A DNA stretch of 64,000 nt, taken from positions 2,666,001 through 2,730,000 of the forward strand of contig JBLDXI010000020.1 in assembly GCA_047495785.1 (NCBI GenBank), in the 5' to 3' direction. Position 1 is the stretch's first letter, and each line of letters begins with the position of its first letter. Shown one piece after another: positions 1-10,956 of this stretch. The position numbers and the translations under genes were made by a program. This DNA is from Lepidodermella squamata. Lineage: Eukaryota; Animalia; Gastrotricha. Under the pieces are notes generated by a model. That model saw only the letters and a program-made list of their open reading frames with translations. It did no database searches and had not been told where the DNA came from.

Positions 1-794
1 ACCGTCCAATGCCGGCGAGTGTCTGAGCTATCAAACGACAGACGGACTCGTCGGATTCAATGATGACTTTTGCGTCAAGAAAAAAGCCGTTTTGTGCCAA
101 AATACGGTAAGTTTTTAAATCACCAAGCCTAAAGTCGAGGGAAAAAATTGCGTTGCCTAATAAAAAAGTTATTCCTCAATTTCATCATCAAAATTTGAAA
201 TTTATTTGAAATTTAAATTTTTTATTTCCGAATTTTCGTAAATTTTTGAAGGCGAGGAAAACTCGAAGCGATTTATTGTTCTCCCGAATTTTTCAGATTT
301 CCTCCAATTTTCTCCGATTTTTTGAGCAATTTATCATTTTTTCTCTTGAATTTGAAAATTTTGAAAATTTTGACAATTTGATTTTTTTCTAAATTTACTA
401 GGACATGCAATATGTCGTAGTAAAGAACAAGATGTCTTGGCCCGATGCTGTTGCCTTTTGCCGTGAAGAAGGCGGTCGGCTGGCTATACTCGCCAATGCT
501 ATCGGCGAAGATGCGGCTCGAGCGGCGTACCGAGAAGCCGGCGTGACTTCAGCCTGGCTCGGTTCGAGGCGCTTGAACCAAGGCCAGTGGCTGTGGATCG
601 ACGGTGAACTTTCATCCGAAACGCCGGAAACAGACGGAAAAACGAATCTTTGTATGTTCAAATTTTCGAGATTTTCTAAAATTTTCTTATCGAAATATCC
701 TATGTCCATAGGTGCTGTGATCTCGAGCGATGGCTCCATTGAAAGCAGCGAATGCGACGCATCGTATTCAGTGCTCTGCGAGAGGAGCGGATAA
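1..794 (+). CDS. C-type lectin domain protein, 3' part (5' end outside window); exons <1-106, 402-651, 712-794
   Basis: CTLD pattern MSWPDAVAFCREEGGRLA...AWLG...WLWIDG...C...SSECDASYSVLCE. Bases 1-106 encode the end of a preceding CTLD (ECLS...NDDFCVKKKAVLCQ). An in-frame 60 nt GT-AG intron at 652-711 explains the AT-rich insert in ORF 405-794. Confidence 0.85.
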
Positions 795-1189
795 TCATCA
801 TTTATCAAACTGCTATGTCAAACATTTTAATGTTTTGTTATTTCGCTGATCAATTTTGTTATGTGGCTTGTTATAATAAAGTGGATGAAGACCCTGGTAG
901 TATTGTGCGGATTTTTCTTTTTTTCAAGTGTAGGGGTTGTTGGGGCAATTTTAGATCCATAACGTGATTTTTTTTCAACAATTTTCCAACACGAACATAG
1001 CAAGTTTAAATACCCCCGCCATTATCCCGACTTTGAAAATTCAAAAATGAGAGAAATAACTCCAGATTCTGAGCACATTTATGGGTCTGAATGTTTGCGC
1101 AACTAAAAAGGTTCAGAGGTTCAACTCTGAAACTAAGCGTCCTGGAACTAAACTTTTCCAATTCTTTGCGAACTTCGTTTGTTGACTGA

Positions 1190-1345
1190 TACTGATTTGT
1201 AAAATCGATACTTGGAATCGATATAGGCTTTACAGGCGGAAGTATAACTTGTAAAGTGACTGCCCATAGCGCAGAATACGCCTAATGTGGAGATCTATCG
1301 GTTGTAGGCAATGTAACAAAACAAAACATCATGATTTTAAGGATA
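1190..1345 (+). repeat. Dispersed repeat, second copy at ~51020-51200
   Basis: AAATCGATACTTGGAATCGATATAGGCTTTACAGGCGGAAGTATA...CATAGCGCA...GGAGATCTATCGGTTG aligns by eye with 51032-51138. Confidence 0.75.
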
Positions 1346-1651
1346 AAGCTCTAAAAACCATAATTTGGTGAAATCTAGTGCTGGAGTCTCGAATTGAGTA
1401 CTGGAACCCTAAATTAAAGTTGGCAGAGCCCATATTATATTATTTATAAATCCGATTCGGCTATGGGATCCAATTAGGCTTTGGAGAAATGACGCAAACT
1501 CAGGATAAAACAGTGTTTGAAATGATTTTTTATTTCCAGTTTCAATGTGGCGTTTTGTGTGTACCCGCTCATTTTAACCTGCGCAGCTATAGACGGCCAG
1601 GCGGCACCGGGGCGCGTGCTCAAACAAGCGCATCTGCTACCTGTCACAGTG

Positions 1652-1658
1652 TATAAAA
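1652..1658 (+). promoter_or_regulatory. TATA box of astacin gene
   Basis: TATAAAA ~70 nt upstream of ATG 1723, after a GC-rich patch. Confidence 0.5.
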
Positions 1659-1722
1659 ACTGAACCGCGAATCGTGGCCCCTCAAAGCAGTAGCTAAAAC
1701 ATATCTTCAACAAAACAGCAAA

Positions 1723-4700
1723 ATGATAAGATTTTTATTACTATCTACCGCCTTGTTGTATTTTTGTTGTTACCCGGCGCAATCATCAGCTGAAAATCAT
1801 CCAAATCAGGTGAGAAAATTTGCCGTGTTTTTTTAATAAAAATAATTTATTAAATTTGCAGGCTCGTCATGCGCGCGAAGAAAATTTCGAAGATGAAGAG
1901 CTGTTTCAAGAAAACGATGGAGAAATTGGAGACGCCGAGCATGAAGCTGAGCAGCTGCACGATGTCTTGAACGAATTGGGCGATCTTGCTGCGAAACGAT
2001 ACGCTCAAGCTGTTTGTCTTTTTTCTAAAATTTCTTCATTTCAAATTCAAATTTCATCATTTTAATAGGAATTGAGCGAGGTAGCTGATGAATGGCCGAA
2101 AATTCGTGTCAATTACCACAACGATGTAATAACGGCTGACAAGCTTGACGAACTCGAATCGGACACGACTAATGCTGAGTTACCGAATGATGATGGAGCC
2201 GAAGAAGCTACTCAAGACGTTGAAGCCGAGGAAGATTTCGAAAGGGCCGAAGTTGAAGCTGACGCTGACTTGGAGGAGGAAGCCCACCCGATTTCAGAGG
2301 GCGAAGTCGAAGAATTTGATTCAAGCTTGAACAACGAACAGCAGGCTGCGGATTCTGATGTTGGCGAGCTTGGCGATGGCGATTGCAACGTTCTGCTCAC
2401 GAATGACCAAGCGAGGTCGTTGGTTTACGATATGAAGCGAGCTATGAATATTAAGGTAACCGATAAGGAGCGGGGCATGGACGCCTTTTCCAAAGCCTGG
2501 ACGCTGCCGATTCACTACTACATCGATCCGAAATTCAGTAATTTTTTCGTATTTTTCTGAATTTTTCTCGATTTTTCCTTAATTTAGCAAAGGCCGAGAG
2601 GAAGAAGATTCGAGAGGGTGTTAAACTCTGGGAACAGCACACGTGTATTCGCTTCAACGAAACCAAACGGGCCTCAAAGACCAAGCCAGGTATCCACGTC
2701 CAACCTGGATCAGGGTGAGTAATCGAGGATTTTGCTTCGAATTATATGATTATTGCGAAAATTATTTGCAGCTGCTCGTCTCACATCGGCATCACCGGTA
2801 CTGGTTATCAGCCTCTTGTTTTGGAACAAATCGAACGCTGCTTGAGGGTAATAACGTGACGTAGAAATTAATCCAGAATATTTCAATTACTGGATTTTTT
2901 GCTTTATAGATTGGAACTATCGCGCATGAATTCGCCCACGCATTAGGACTGGTAAAACGACGGAAAATATTTTTTTTAATGGTTTAATTATGTGAATACT
3001 TTGCAGAAACACGAGCACTCGCGTTCGGACCGAGAGGGAAATGTTCGAATCAACATCGATTTGGTTCCGAAGTACGTTCAATTTGTACATTTTCAACCGT
3101 CAAATTTGAGTCTGAATATTATTTGTAAGGATACCAGCGTGAGATTTATCGGTTAGGCAAGACACTAGAAAAATATAAACAAATTATTAAATCATAATTT
3201 TGCGAAATTCAGTGCTGGAACCTTAAATTTAGTGTTGGAGCCTGAAAGGTCAGGGGTGGTACATTGAGGTGGGTTTTTTCGATACCTCGCCGTGAAACTA
3301 GATTTTTCACAACATTTCTATCTAAAAAATTCCCTGTCGCTAGTATAGAACTATAAGCGAGAGTTGTTAGCAATTTTGCTTAAATTGTGTTCATCATATT
3401 CCAGAGATAAGCGGCACAATTACATTCCAATGGGCAAGGATCAAGATATGAACTACGAAACGCCGTACGATTTCCAGTCTTCGATGCACTACCCAGCCGG
3501 ATCTCCGCGTGTTGTCGAACCGCTAGACATGCGATACCTATCGACCATCGGCCAACGCTACGACGTCACCTTCATCGACATCAAGCGCATCAATTACCAC
3601 TACAATTGCACAGGTAATTATCACCTGGCTTTTTAACTGCAATTTATTTCAGATTTTTATAAAAAAATCATTAAATTATTTTAGCGCTCGATAAATTCTA
3701 TAAATTAATCAATTTAATTAAAAACTTAAATTTAAGCTTAATATTTAATTTAATTTAATTTTTATTCGAAATTTCCAGTGAGAAGTTGCTCAAGCAAGCC
3801 GCTTCGCAAGCCTTGCCGCAACGGTGGCTATCAAGATCCCAACAAATGCGAACGATGCAAGTGCCCGCCAGGCTACGGCGGCCGCGATTGCTCTTCCATG
3901 CCGCCATCGACGCCGTCAACATGCGGCGGCGAGATCATAATCGAAGCTGGGTCATCGAAAATCATCCGCTCACCCAATTTTCCGAACCAATATCCGGCAA
4001 ATGCGCATTGCGTATGGTGGATTAAAGCGGTATAACGAAATATAGTAATTTGAAATTTTTAACATAATTTTGGCTATTTCAGCCGCGGAGAACCGGTCTT
4101 CTTTTCGGCTTTGAAAAGCGGCCTGATGTTGCGTGCTCCAATAATGGTAAAAAAGCCAATTTGATTATTTTTTAATTAATACATTATTTTTAACTCTCAG
4201 CTTTCTGCCGCGATTACGTCGAGATTCGAACCGATGATAATCCTCTTGTTAATGGCCCGAGGTGATTTTTTATTTTTTTTTTCAAATTTTCAAAGAAATG
4301 CCTGATTTATTGAATTTATTAAAAGATTTTGCCGCTGCGGTATCAGCAATGGTCGAGTTGTGGTCGCTAAGAAGAACCGAGCAATTGTGATTTTCCAAAG
4401 CTTCGGAAATACCCCAGCGAACGAAACTCTCGGCTTTCACCTCGTCGTTCATGCCACTCGAAGGGATGAAGACGCGGCGAAACTGGCGAAAGCTGACTGC
4501 CGCCTGACGAAGACCGGCTACGACTACTCCGGGCCACGATCGGTGACAGACTCTGGCAAGAAGTGCTTGGAATGGAACAAGCAGAAGGAATTTGCGCCCG
4601 AGTTGTTTCCCGAGTGGAAAAGTGTTGGTAACAGGTGCCGCAATCCTAACAGTGCCGAGGCGCCGTGGTGCTTCCTAGCGTCGGACCCGAAGAAACGCGA

Positions 4701-4767
4701 ATTTTGCAAGAAAATCCCCATGTGTTCGGCGGGATCACACCGATTGGCGGAGGAGGAAACCGAATAA
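1723..4767 (+). CDS. Secreted astacin-family (M12A) zinc metalloprotease: signal peptide, long acidic propeptide, astacin, EGF, CUB, kringle; about 12 exons
   Basis: Signal MIRFLLLSTALLLFCCYPAQSSA. Spliced zinc motif HEFAHALGL|KHEHSRSDRE (exons 2910-2951, 3007-3071). Met-turn YDFQSSMHY. EGF CRNGGYQDPNKCERCKCPPGYGGRDC. CUB CGGEI...IRSPNFPNQYPANAHCVWWI. Kringle YSGPRSVTDSGKKCLEW...NRCRNPNSAEAPWCF. Confidence 0.93.
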
Positions 4768-6127
4768 TAATCATTTTTTTTACTTTGTTGACTCGAGAAT
4801 ATCGAACATGTTTGCTATGATAAACAATGCGCTGATGATAATAAATTACAGCAGGAATTTGTAACATTCGAGTTTTTTCACATCAGATATCGAGAATCGA
4901 GAATCGAGAAAATATTAATTACGACGTGATTCGTGAATTTTTTGAAAATTGCGGAAATAATATGTGAGCATGACAGCGTGTCCCATACCTAAGTAAAAAC
5001 AAGGAAAAAATCAGAACCTCTGAACTGAGATGCTCATGGTCAGAGAAACCTTTGAAAAATTCAAAATGCCGCGAGAATATTGTAATCAACTAATCAACTA
5101 GCCAAGGACCGAAAAAACCGAAAAAATTTGTCCAAGCGGGAAATTATCGAAATGAACCGAGCCAGTTACCATCGAGGTTTTCCTGTTTTTTTGGTAAATT
5201 TTAGATTTCTTCGGCAAAATCGTTAAGCGATGGAAAATTCTCCTGTAAATTGAAGTTCAAAAAAATAATTTTGAATCTCCTTCAAAAAGTTGCAAAATTG
5301 AAAAAATTGAAAACGGTGTACAACGAACGGCATTTTGGGAGCAATTCATTTCACTCAAAAATACGGTTTTTTCAATGCAATTCCCGATATTGATCTCATG
5401 GATACCGTATTTTGCGCCGTAGTGGGCTGTTCACGAGATATACCTTAGCCTGCTGAGCCGAGAGCCGACATCTGTTTAATTATTGATCAATAGAAATCAG
5501 CGATTTTTCCGATATCAGCAGCCTGGGACGCTTGAATCTGAAATTCTTGAACCTAAATTTCACTGTTGCGAATATTAAGAACTGATCCTCATTCTGGTAC
5601 CCGGTACCAAACTCTCAACTGTTTTATTGTTAAAATTGGAGTCAATTTTTCAGTTAATTAAAAAAAAATTTGAAAAAATTGAACTTTGAAACAGGAAAGG
5701 TCATTTTGCCAGAATGTTTTCCATCACAAATTGCTATGAATTGTCCTCGAAATTTGAATTTTTATGGGTTTTAATGAAGCCAGTTTCCAATAAAATTCCC
5801 GCGCAAAACTTAGTATAGTCACATGAGATGAGAAATTCACTGCCATTTTATTCATATGAAGCTATAAATAACATGTATTTGGCCTAACATTTCCGATCAT
5901 TAGGTGAATCTAGAATTGAAGTCCAGTCACATGCATACTCCCAGGTTCAAACAAACTCCGCACGCGACTGCGGTGCCACCTGTCGTCTGTTGTCACGCGT
6001 GACCTCTCGCACGCGCTCATAATTACGCTGGACTCAGGTTCGCAATTCAATCCAACATTCACATTTCCAAAACTTCAAACGAACGATCGACAATTTATTA
6101 TCAACTTGATTTGCTACCAGCTTCAAC

Positions 6128-7918
6128 ATGAAACCGTCCGCTTTACTCGCAGTCATCGGCGTGCTTTGTCTTATTGTTACAGGTTAGTAAAAATTATCCT
6201 TTTCCAAGTAATTATTTCGAAATTTGGTTCAATAGAATCGTTTGCCGACGATCCTGACGCGGAGATTGCCCAACTTATCCAGGAGGCGGTGGTCGTTGAC
6301 GAGGGAAACAGCGCCGAGGAAGAGCCGGCCTCGCACGAAATTCGCCATCACACCGTTAATTTAGAATGCATCTCATCAACAACTACTAGCCTGCCTCAGC
6401 CGACTAGTCCGACTACTACCACGTGAGAAAATTCAATCAATTGTTACTCTAGAATTTTTATTTTATTTTGTTCTGTCACCTCAGGACTTCCACGACAACC
6501 ACGAGGTAAGTATGCGCTGAAATTAAAATTTTTGAAGAATAAAATAAATTTTCCTCTCAGGCCGACTACAACTTCAACGTAAGATTTCGGGATTTTTATA
6601 ATTTGAATTGCTGAAAATATTAGAAAATCAGGACTACTCGTCCGACAACAACGACAACTACAACTAGACCAACGTAATTAAAAAAAAATATCCTGGTATT
6701 TTACCTGAATTTTTCATATTTTTTTAATAGGACCACTTCGACTTCTACCACCACGCGTCCGACGTAAATTTTCAACTTTAAATTTGAGTTAAAATTCCTA
6801 AATGAAATCTGGTTATAGGACTACTACGACCACTACTACAACGACTCGTCCTACCACCACAACTACGACAACTACGACAACTAGGCCAACGACAAGGTGG
6901 GAAAATTATTTGTTTTTTTTTTTCAATTTCACTATATGACCTAAATTAGGACAACGACGACTCTGAGGGATGTTACCACTACAACGACGACCCGTCCAAC
7001 TACGACAACGGCAACCACTAAGCCGACCACGAAAACGACCACAACTTGCGAAACGTAAGATTATTATACCTTTGCGAACAACAAATTACATAAAAAACTT
7101 ACGCTAAATCTAATTTAAGTTGTAAATATTTATATTCACAGGACAACTGAGGAGTCGGGCTCGGAGGAGATAATCGAAGATGAAACGACACCGCAACCGA
7201 CTACAACACGCTCGACTTCGACTTCGACCCGCCCCACCACCAGAACAACTACAACCACGACTACAACCAAGCCGACGACTACAACTACTCGCCCGACTAC
7301 TACCTCTACTACACAGCCCACTACTCGTACAACGACTACCCTGCGAGATGTCCAGGTATGCTCTACTTAGAGGGTGTTCCAAGGGTGCATAGTTTTATGT
7401 CTCCTGAAATTGCATTCAGCGCTATTAAATTCCCAAGTATAGGTACCTGCCAGAGTTCTTTATTTTTCATAAAATTAAACAAATTCTAAAATCAACGACT
7501 GAAATTTTTTTCATTTTTTTTCAATTTTTATAATTTGAAATTAATTTTAATCGGTCAATTTTATAGATTTTCATTTTTATTAAATATTTCCAGACCACGA
7601 CGACAGCAGCTCCATCTACCACCAAATTCTGGCCGACGAGCACTCATCGGCGCCGTACTACCACTAAAAAGAGGACGACCTTACCAGATGTCCGGGTTGG
7701 TTTAACCCCATAATCCCGGAAAAACCATGCATATTTTTATTTAAATTGTTCAGACAACTACTACCAAAAAGATAATCACTCGCGAGTCGACGACTAAGAG
7801 GACTACGAGACTTCCGAACCCTCGTACTACAACGACCACAGCAGGAACAACAGAAGAGCCGTGTACCGAGGAAGAGGAGAGCTCAGAAGAGGGCGCGGCT
7901 CGAGGTTACGACGAATAA
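6128..7918 (+). CDS. Secreted Thr/Pro/Arg-rich mucin-like protein encoded by 11 exons including micro-exons
   Basis: Signal MKPSALLAVIGVLCLIVT. Exons 6128-6182, 6236-6422, 6485-6505, 6561-6578, 6632-6673, 6731-6763, 6819-6896, 6950-7054, 7142-7355, 7594-7695, 7754-7918, all GT-AG and in frame. TAA at 7916-7918, AATAAA at ~7988. Confidence 0.85.
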
Positions 7919-8051
7919 CTCCACCACATTCGATATGACTTGTTAATTTAATATATTAATTAGATCACTACATTTGACTATTGCGAAAATAAAATTGGAC
8001 CTTGTTTTTTATAATTCAATTTTATTTCGAAAGACAAAATCGAAAATACGC

Positions 8052-9137
8052 TCATTCCATGAATACCGGCTCTGATTTAACGGGTGAAGATTTTTCCAAC
8101 GTAGCAAGTTCATCTTCGCTCGCGCCATTCTTCGCTTCCGAATTTTCCACGCTCTGATGAATGAAAATATTGAAAAGAAAACCTTAGAAATAATAGCAGC
8201 AATCACCTTATCAGCCTTTCGGCCGCCTTGTCGACTCCTGGCAGTGCATTTGACCATGAACCAAGTCTGCAAGAAGCTTTGAACAAAGCTAAATGATCGC
8301 ATTGAAAAAACTCACGTAAGGTCGCTGAGCTGAATGAGCCGCTCCAATGCGCCAAATGGGGCAGTTTGGGAAATTGGCCATGAGGGCCTTGAAAAAGGCA
8401 AAGTAGCCACGTTGCCGCTTGCCGTATTCTTTGCTGTCTAATTTGATCTTGATGTCGCACGGCGCAATATACTGGCTATAAGAAAATTATATTTGACCTA
8501 ATTTCGGACATAACTCGCACACACTTACTTCATCAACTTGACGGTTTCATCCTCGGCCTCATCTCTTCGCCGCTTTGTCGCTTTCGTTTTGCCATTCAAG
8601 TAGTCGAGAACAGGCGCCGAGAACTGCGAGAAATCGTAGTTGATCAAGGGTGCGTTATCCTCAGATTTCTTTTTATGAGACTTCCCGACCTTCTGGACTT
8701 CTGAAGCAGGCTCGTCCTTCAACGCTGTTTTAATCAGTGAAACTTTGCTGGAAGTCGAGCTAGTTGGAACTGGGCTTGATGATCGCTTGACATACTGCTT
8801 CTTCTTGGCTGGAAAAACGCAATTTTCAAGCTGTTGAAGCGAGGGAAAATCGTGAAAGCTTACCTTTAGCTTTAGATGAAATCTCAACGTGGAAGAAAGG
8901 TCGGCACCTGCACTCACAGCAATTGCTATCGCCATTTGAAGCCTCCCGGCCGAGCCAGATGAATTCTTTACACAGACAGTCTTTAGTCGTGCAACGGCCA
9001 CGAGCCTGGCCGGAGTAATCAACATTACTCAACATGGGATTCATCGTAGTAATTTCAGTATCGATCTAAAGAGAATGATTCAGCTGATAGGAGACATTGA
9101 AAAGGCAAATTAAAACCTTCACAAAAAACTTAGCCAT
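8052..9137 (-). CDS. Uncharacterised multi-exon protein with N-terminal Cys/His cluster (putative zinc-binding) and basic NLS-like motifs
   Basis: Splicing joins MAKFFVK|IDTEITTMNPM...RGRCTTKDCLCKEF...NCCECRCRPFFH...|AKKKQY...TKRRRDEAE...|...FFKALMANFPNCPIW...|TWFMVKC...|SVENSE...VFME* through canonical ~55 nt introns. Confidence 0.7.
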
Positions 9138-9307
9138 GCGGCTGTGCTGAATTCGTTTCTCCAAAGCAAATTTCCTCATTTTCATAACGCTCTCAATTTG
9201 AAATAAGAAGTGCGCGCAATAGTGCGCCGAACCTCCGCACTCTCTCCTGAGCTACTTCACATTAAATTTGACGCATTGACCCTGTAAAACTGATATTCTT
9301 TATTGTT

Positions 9308-9793
9308 TCAACCTCTGTTTGCCATGAATGTATAAAATCGTTTGAAAAAGTTACTAGAAACTAATGCATAAATTGCGTAAATGTCAAGCGCCAGCATAGG
9401 CACTAAAATCAACGCTGTTCCGATGAAAATTGACAGCGGTGTAGGATCCTGCCATAGAAATATGTAGACGAGAATGAACTGGAAATAGATCAACGCGACA
9501 AGAGCACATAGGCCGTAGACCACGAACATCAGAAACATAAGTAGGAAAATATAGCGTTTCCATTTTTGAGATTGGTCAGTTGATGGCTCTTCGTCCGAAG
9601 GGTCTGGAATTACTATGACATCGAATATTTCCCGTTGACTGGTCTTGTTTGATGACGACCGGCTCTGGCGGGAGGTTTGAGAGCCTAAAAGCCGGCTAAT
9701 ATGTTCACTTGTATTTGCTTGGCTATGTTGACTGCCATGGGAACTTCGAGCCTCCAATTCAAGAAGCCTTGAACTGCTATTTTCAGTCTTCAT
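9308..9793 (-). CDS. Small membrane protein (Ser-rich N-terminus, 2-3 hydrophobic helices); start uncertain
   Basis: 162 aa ORF with hydrophobic stretches YIFLLMFLMFVVYGLCALVALIYFQFILVYIFLW and LSIFIGTALILVPMLALDIYAIYAL. No family recognised. Confidence 0.55.
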   Translation of the reverse strand: MKTENSSSRLLELEARSSHGSQHSQANTSEHISRLLGSQTSRQSRSSSNKTSQREIFDVIVIPDPSDEEPSTDQSQKWKRYIFLLMFLMFVVYGLCALVALIYFQFILVYIFLWQDPTPLSIFIGTALILVPMLALDIYAIYALVSSNFFKRFYTFMANRG

Positions 9794-10202
9794 CACCTTG
9801 AAATTTGTGGGCTCTTATTGATAGAGGGTGTGTTATGAAAAATGTTCGTAATGGTGACTCTTTTTGAGCAACTGGGTGAATATAGGCTGTCCTTTCATGA
9901 TTCCCTTTCAATAATATGAATAGACACATTAGTTTGTCTTCAATGTGTTATTGAGCTTTGGCGACGAACTTGGCAAGATTTTCCAGCCTTAGATACCAGG
10001 CCACAGCTTTGAGAATCAGGACGACTTTTTTCTCCCTCTCTCAAACCTCGCTCCTTTGTTTTTATTCGAATAATGGTTCCCATGCGGGGGCAATACACCT
10101 ACGCGAGAACTCACGAGAACAAAGACAGCTCTCAGCCTCAAGTAGGTGTTTACCTGTTCCTGGTTTCATTCTGCGAAATCAGACCTCATAATTTGCGGTG
10201 TA

Positions 10203-10757
10203 ATGGCTTCTTTACTTTTTAGCTTGTTTTCAACCATTTTGCTGGTCAACTCAGCATTTGGACTCATCGAAGACGATTTTACTGATGCTGCGTATTACAA
10301 TGACACCGAGAAGGTTGTTAGACTGCTTCAACAAGGCATAAAAGTCGATGCTCGCCAAAGTGATGGCTACACAGCCCTTCACTACGCCGCTATGGCTGGC
10401 AATACTGACATTGTCGCCTTGTTACTGGAAAGAGGCGCTAACATTGAAGCCCGCGATGAGGATCTCTACACGCCGTTGATGCTAGCTGCCTACTACGGAC
10501 GAGCTGAGACTGTTGGCTTTCTGTTGGACCAAAGCGCTAACATTGAAGCTAAGGATGAAGACGGCAATACTGCTTTGATTGCGGCAGCTTTTACTGGAAT
10601 GACAGATGTCGTTAAAATTTTGGTGGCCCGCGGCGCTGATATGGAAGCTAAGACAAATAAAGGCCTCACCGCTTTGGGAACTGCTTATTTCACGAACTTC
10701 TTGGAGACTGCTAAGTACTTGGAAGGCAAAGGAGCAAAACTTTCAAGCACAAAGTAA
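10203..10757 (+). CDS. Intronless ankyrin-repeat protein with N-terminal signal peptide (copy A)
   Basis: MASLLFSLFSTILLVNSAFG followed by near-consensus repeats GYTALHYAA, LYTPLMLAA, GNTALIAAA, GLTALGTAY. Confidence 0.92.
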   Translation: MASLLFSLFSTILLVNSAFGLIEDDFTDAAYYNDTEKVVRLLQQGIKVDARQSDGYTALHYAAMAGNTDIVALLLERGANIEARDEDLYTPLMLAAYYGRAETVGFLLDQSANIEAKDEDGNTALIAAAFTGMTDVVKILVARGADMEAKTNKGLTALGTAYFTNFLETAKYLEGKGAKLSSTK

Positions 10758-10956
10758 TTTATGGCCCAATGACAACCATTGATTACATCAGTTATGTAGT
10801 TATGTAGTCTGATACCAAATGCTAAATGTCGAAAGGCAACTTGCATAAATAAAGAGTATGAGTATGAGTATGAGTATAAAACAGCAAGAAAAATAATTGA
10901 CAAATTTTTAAGGTGCATGAGATACAAATTGAAGTTTTTTGCGGCTCGATCATCTT

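Noticed and set aside
7110-7392. Short ORFs 7110-7382, 7136-7321, 7180-7392
   Set aside because: Shadows of the mucin exon 7142-7355.
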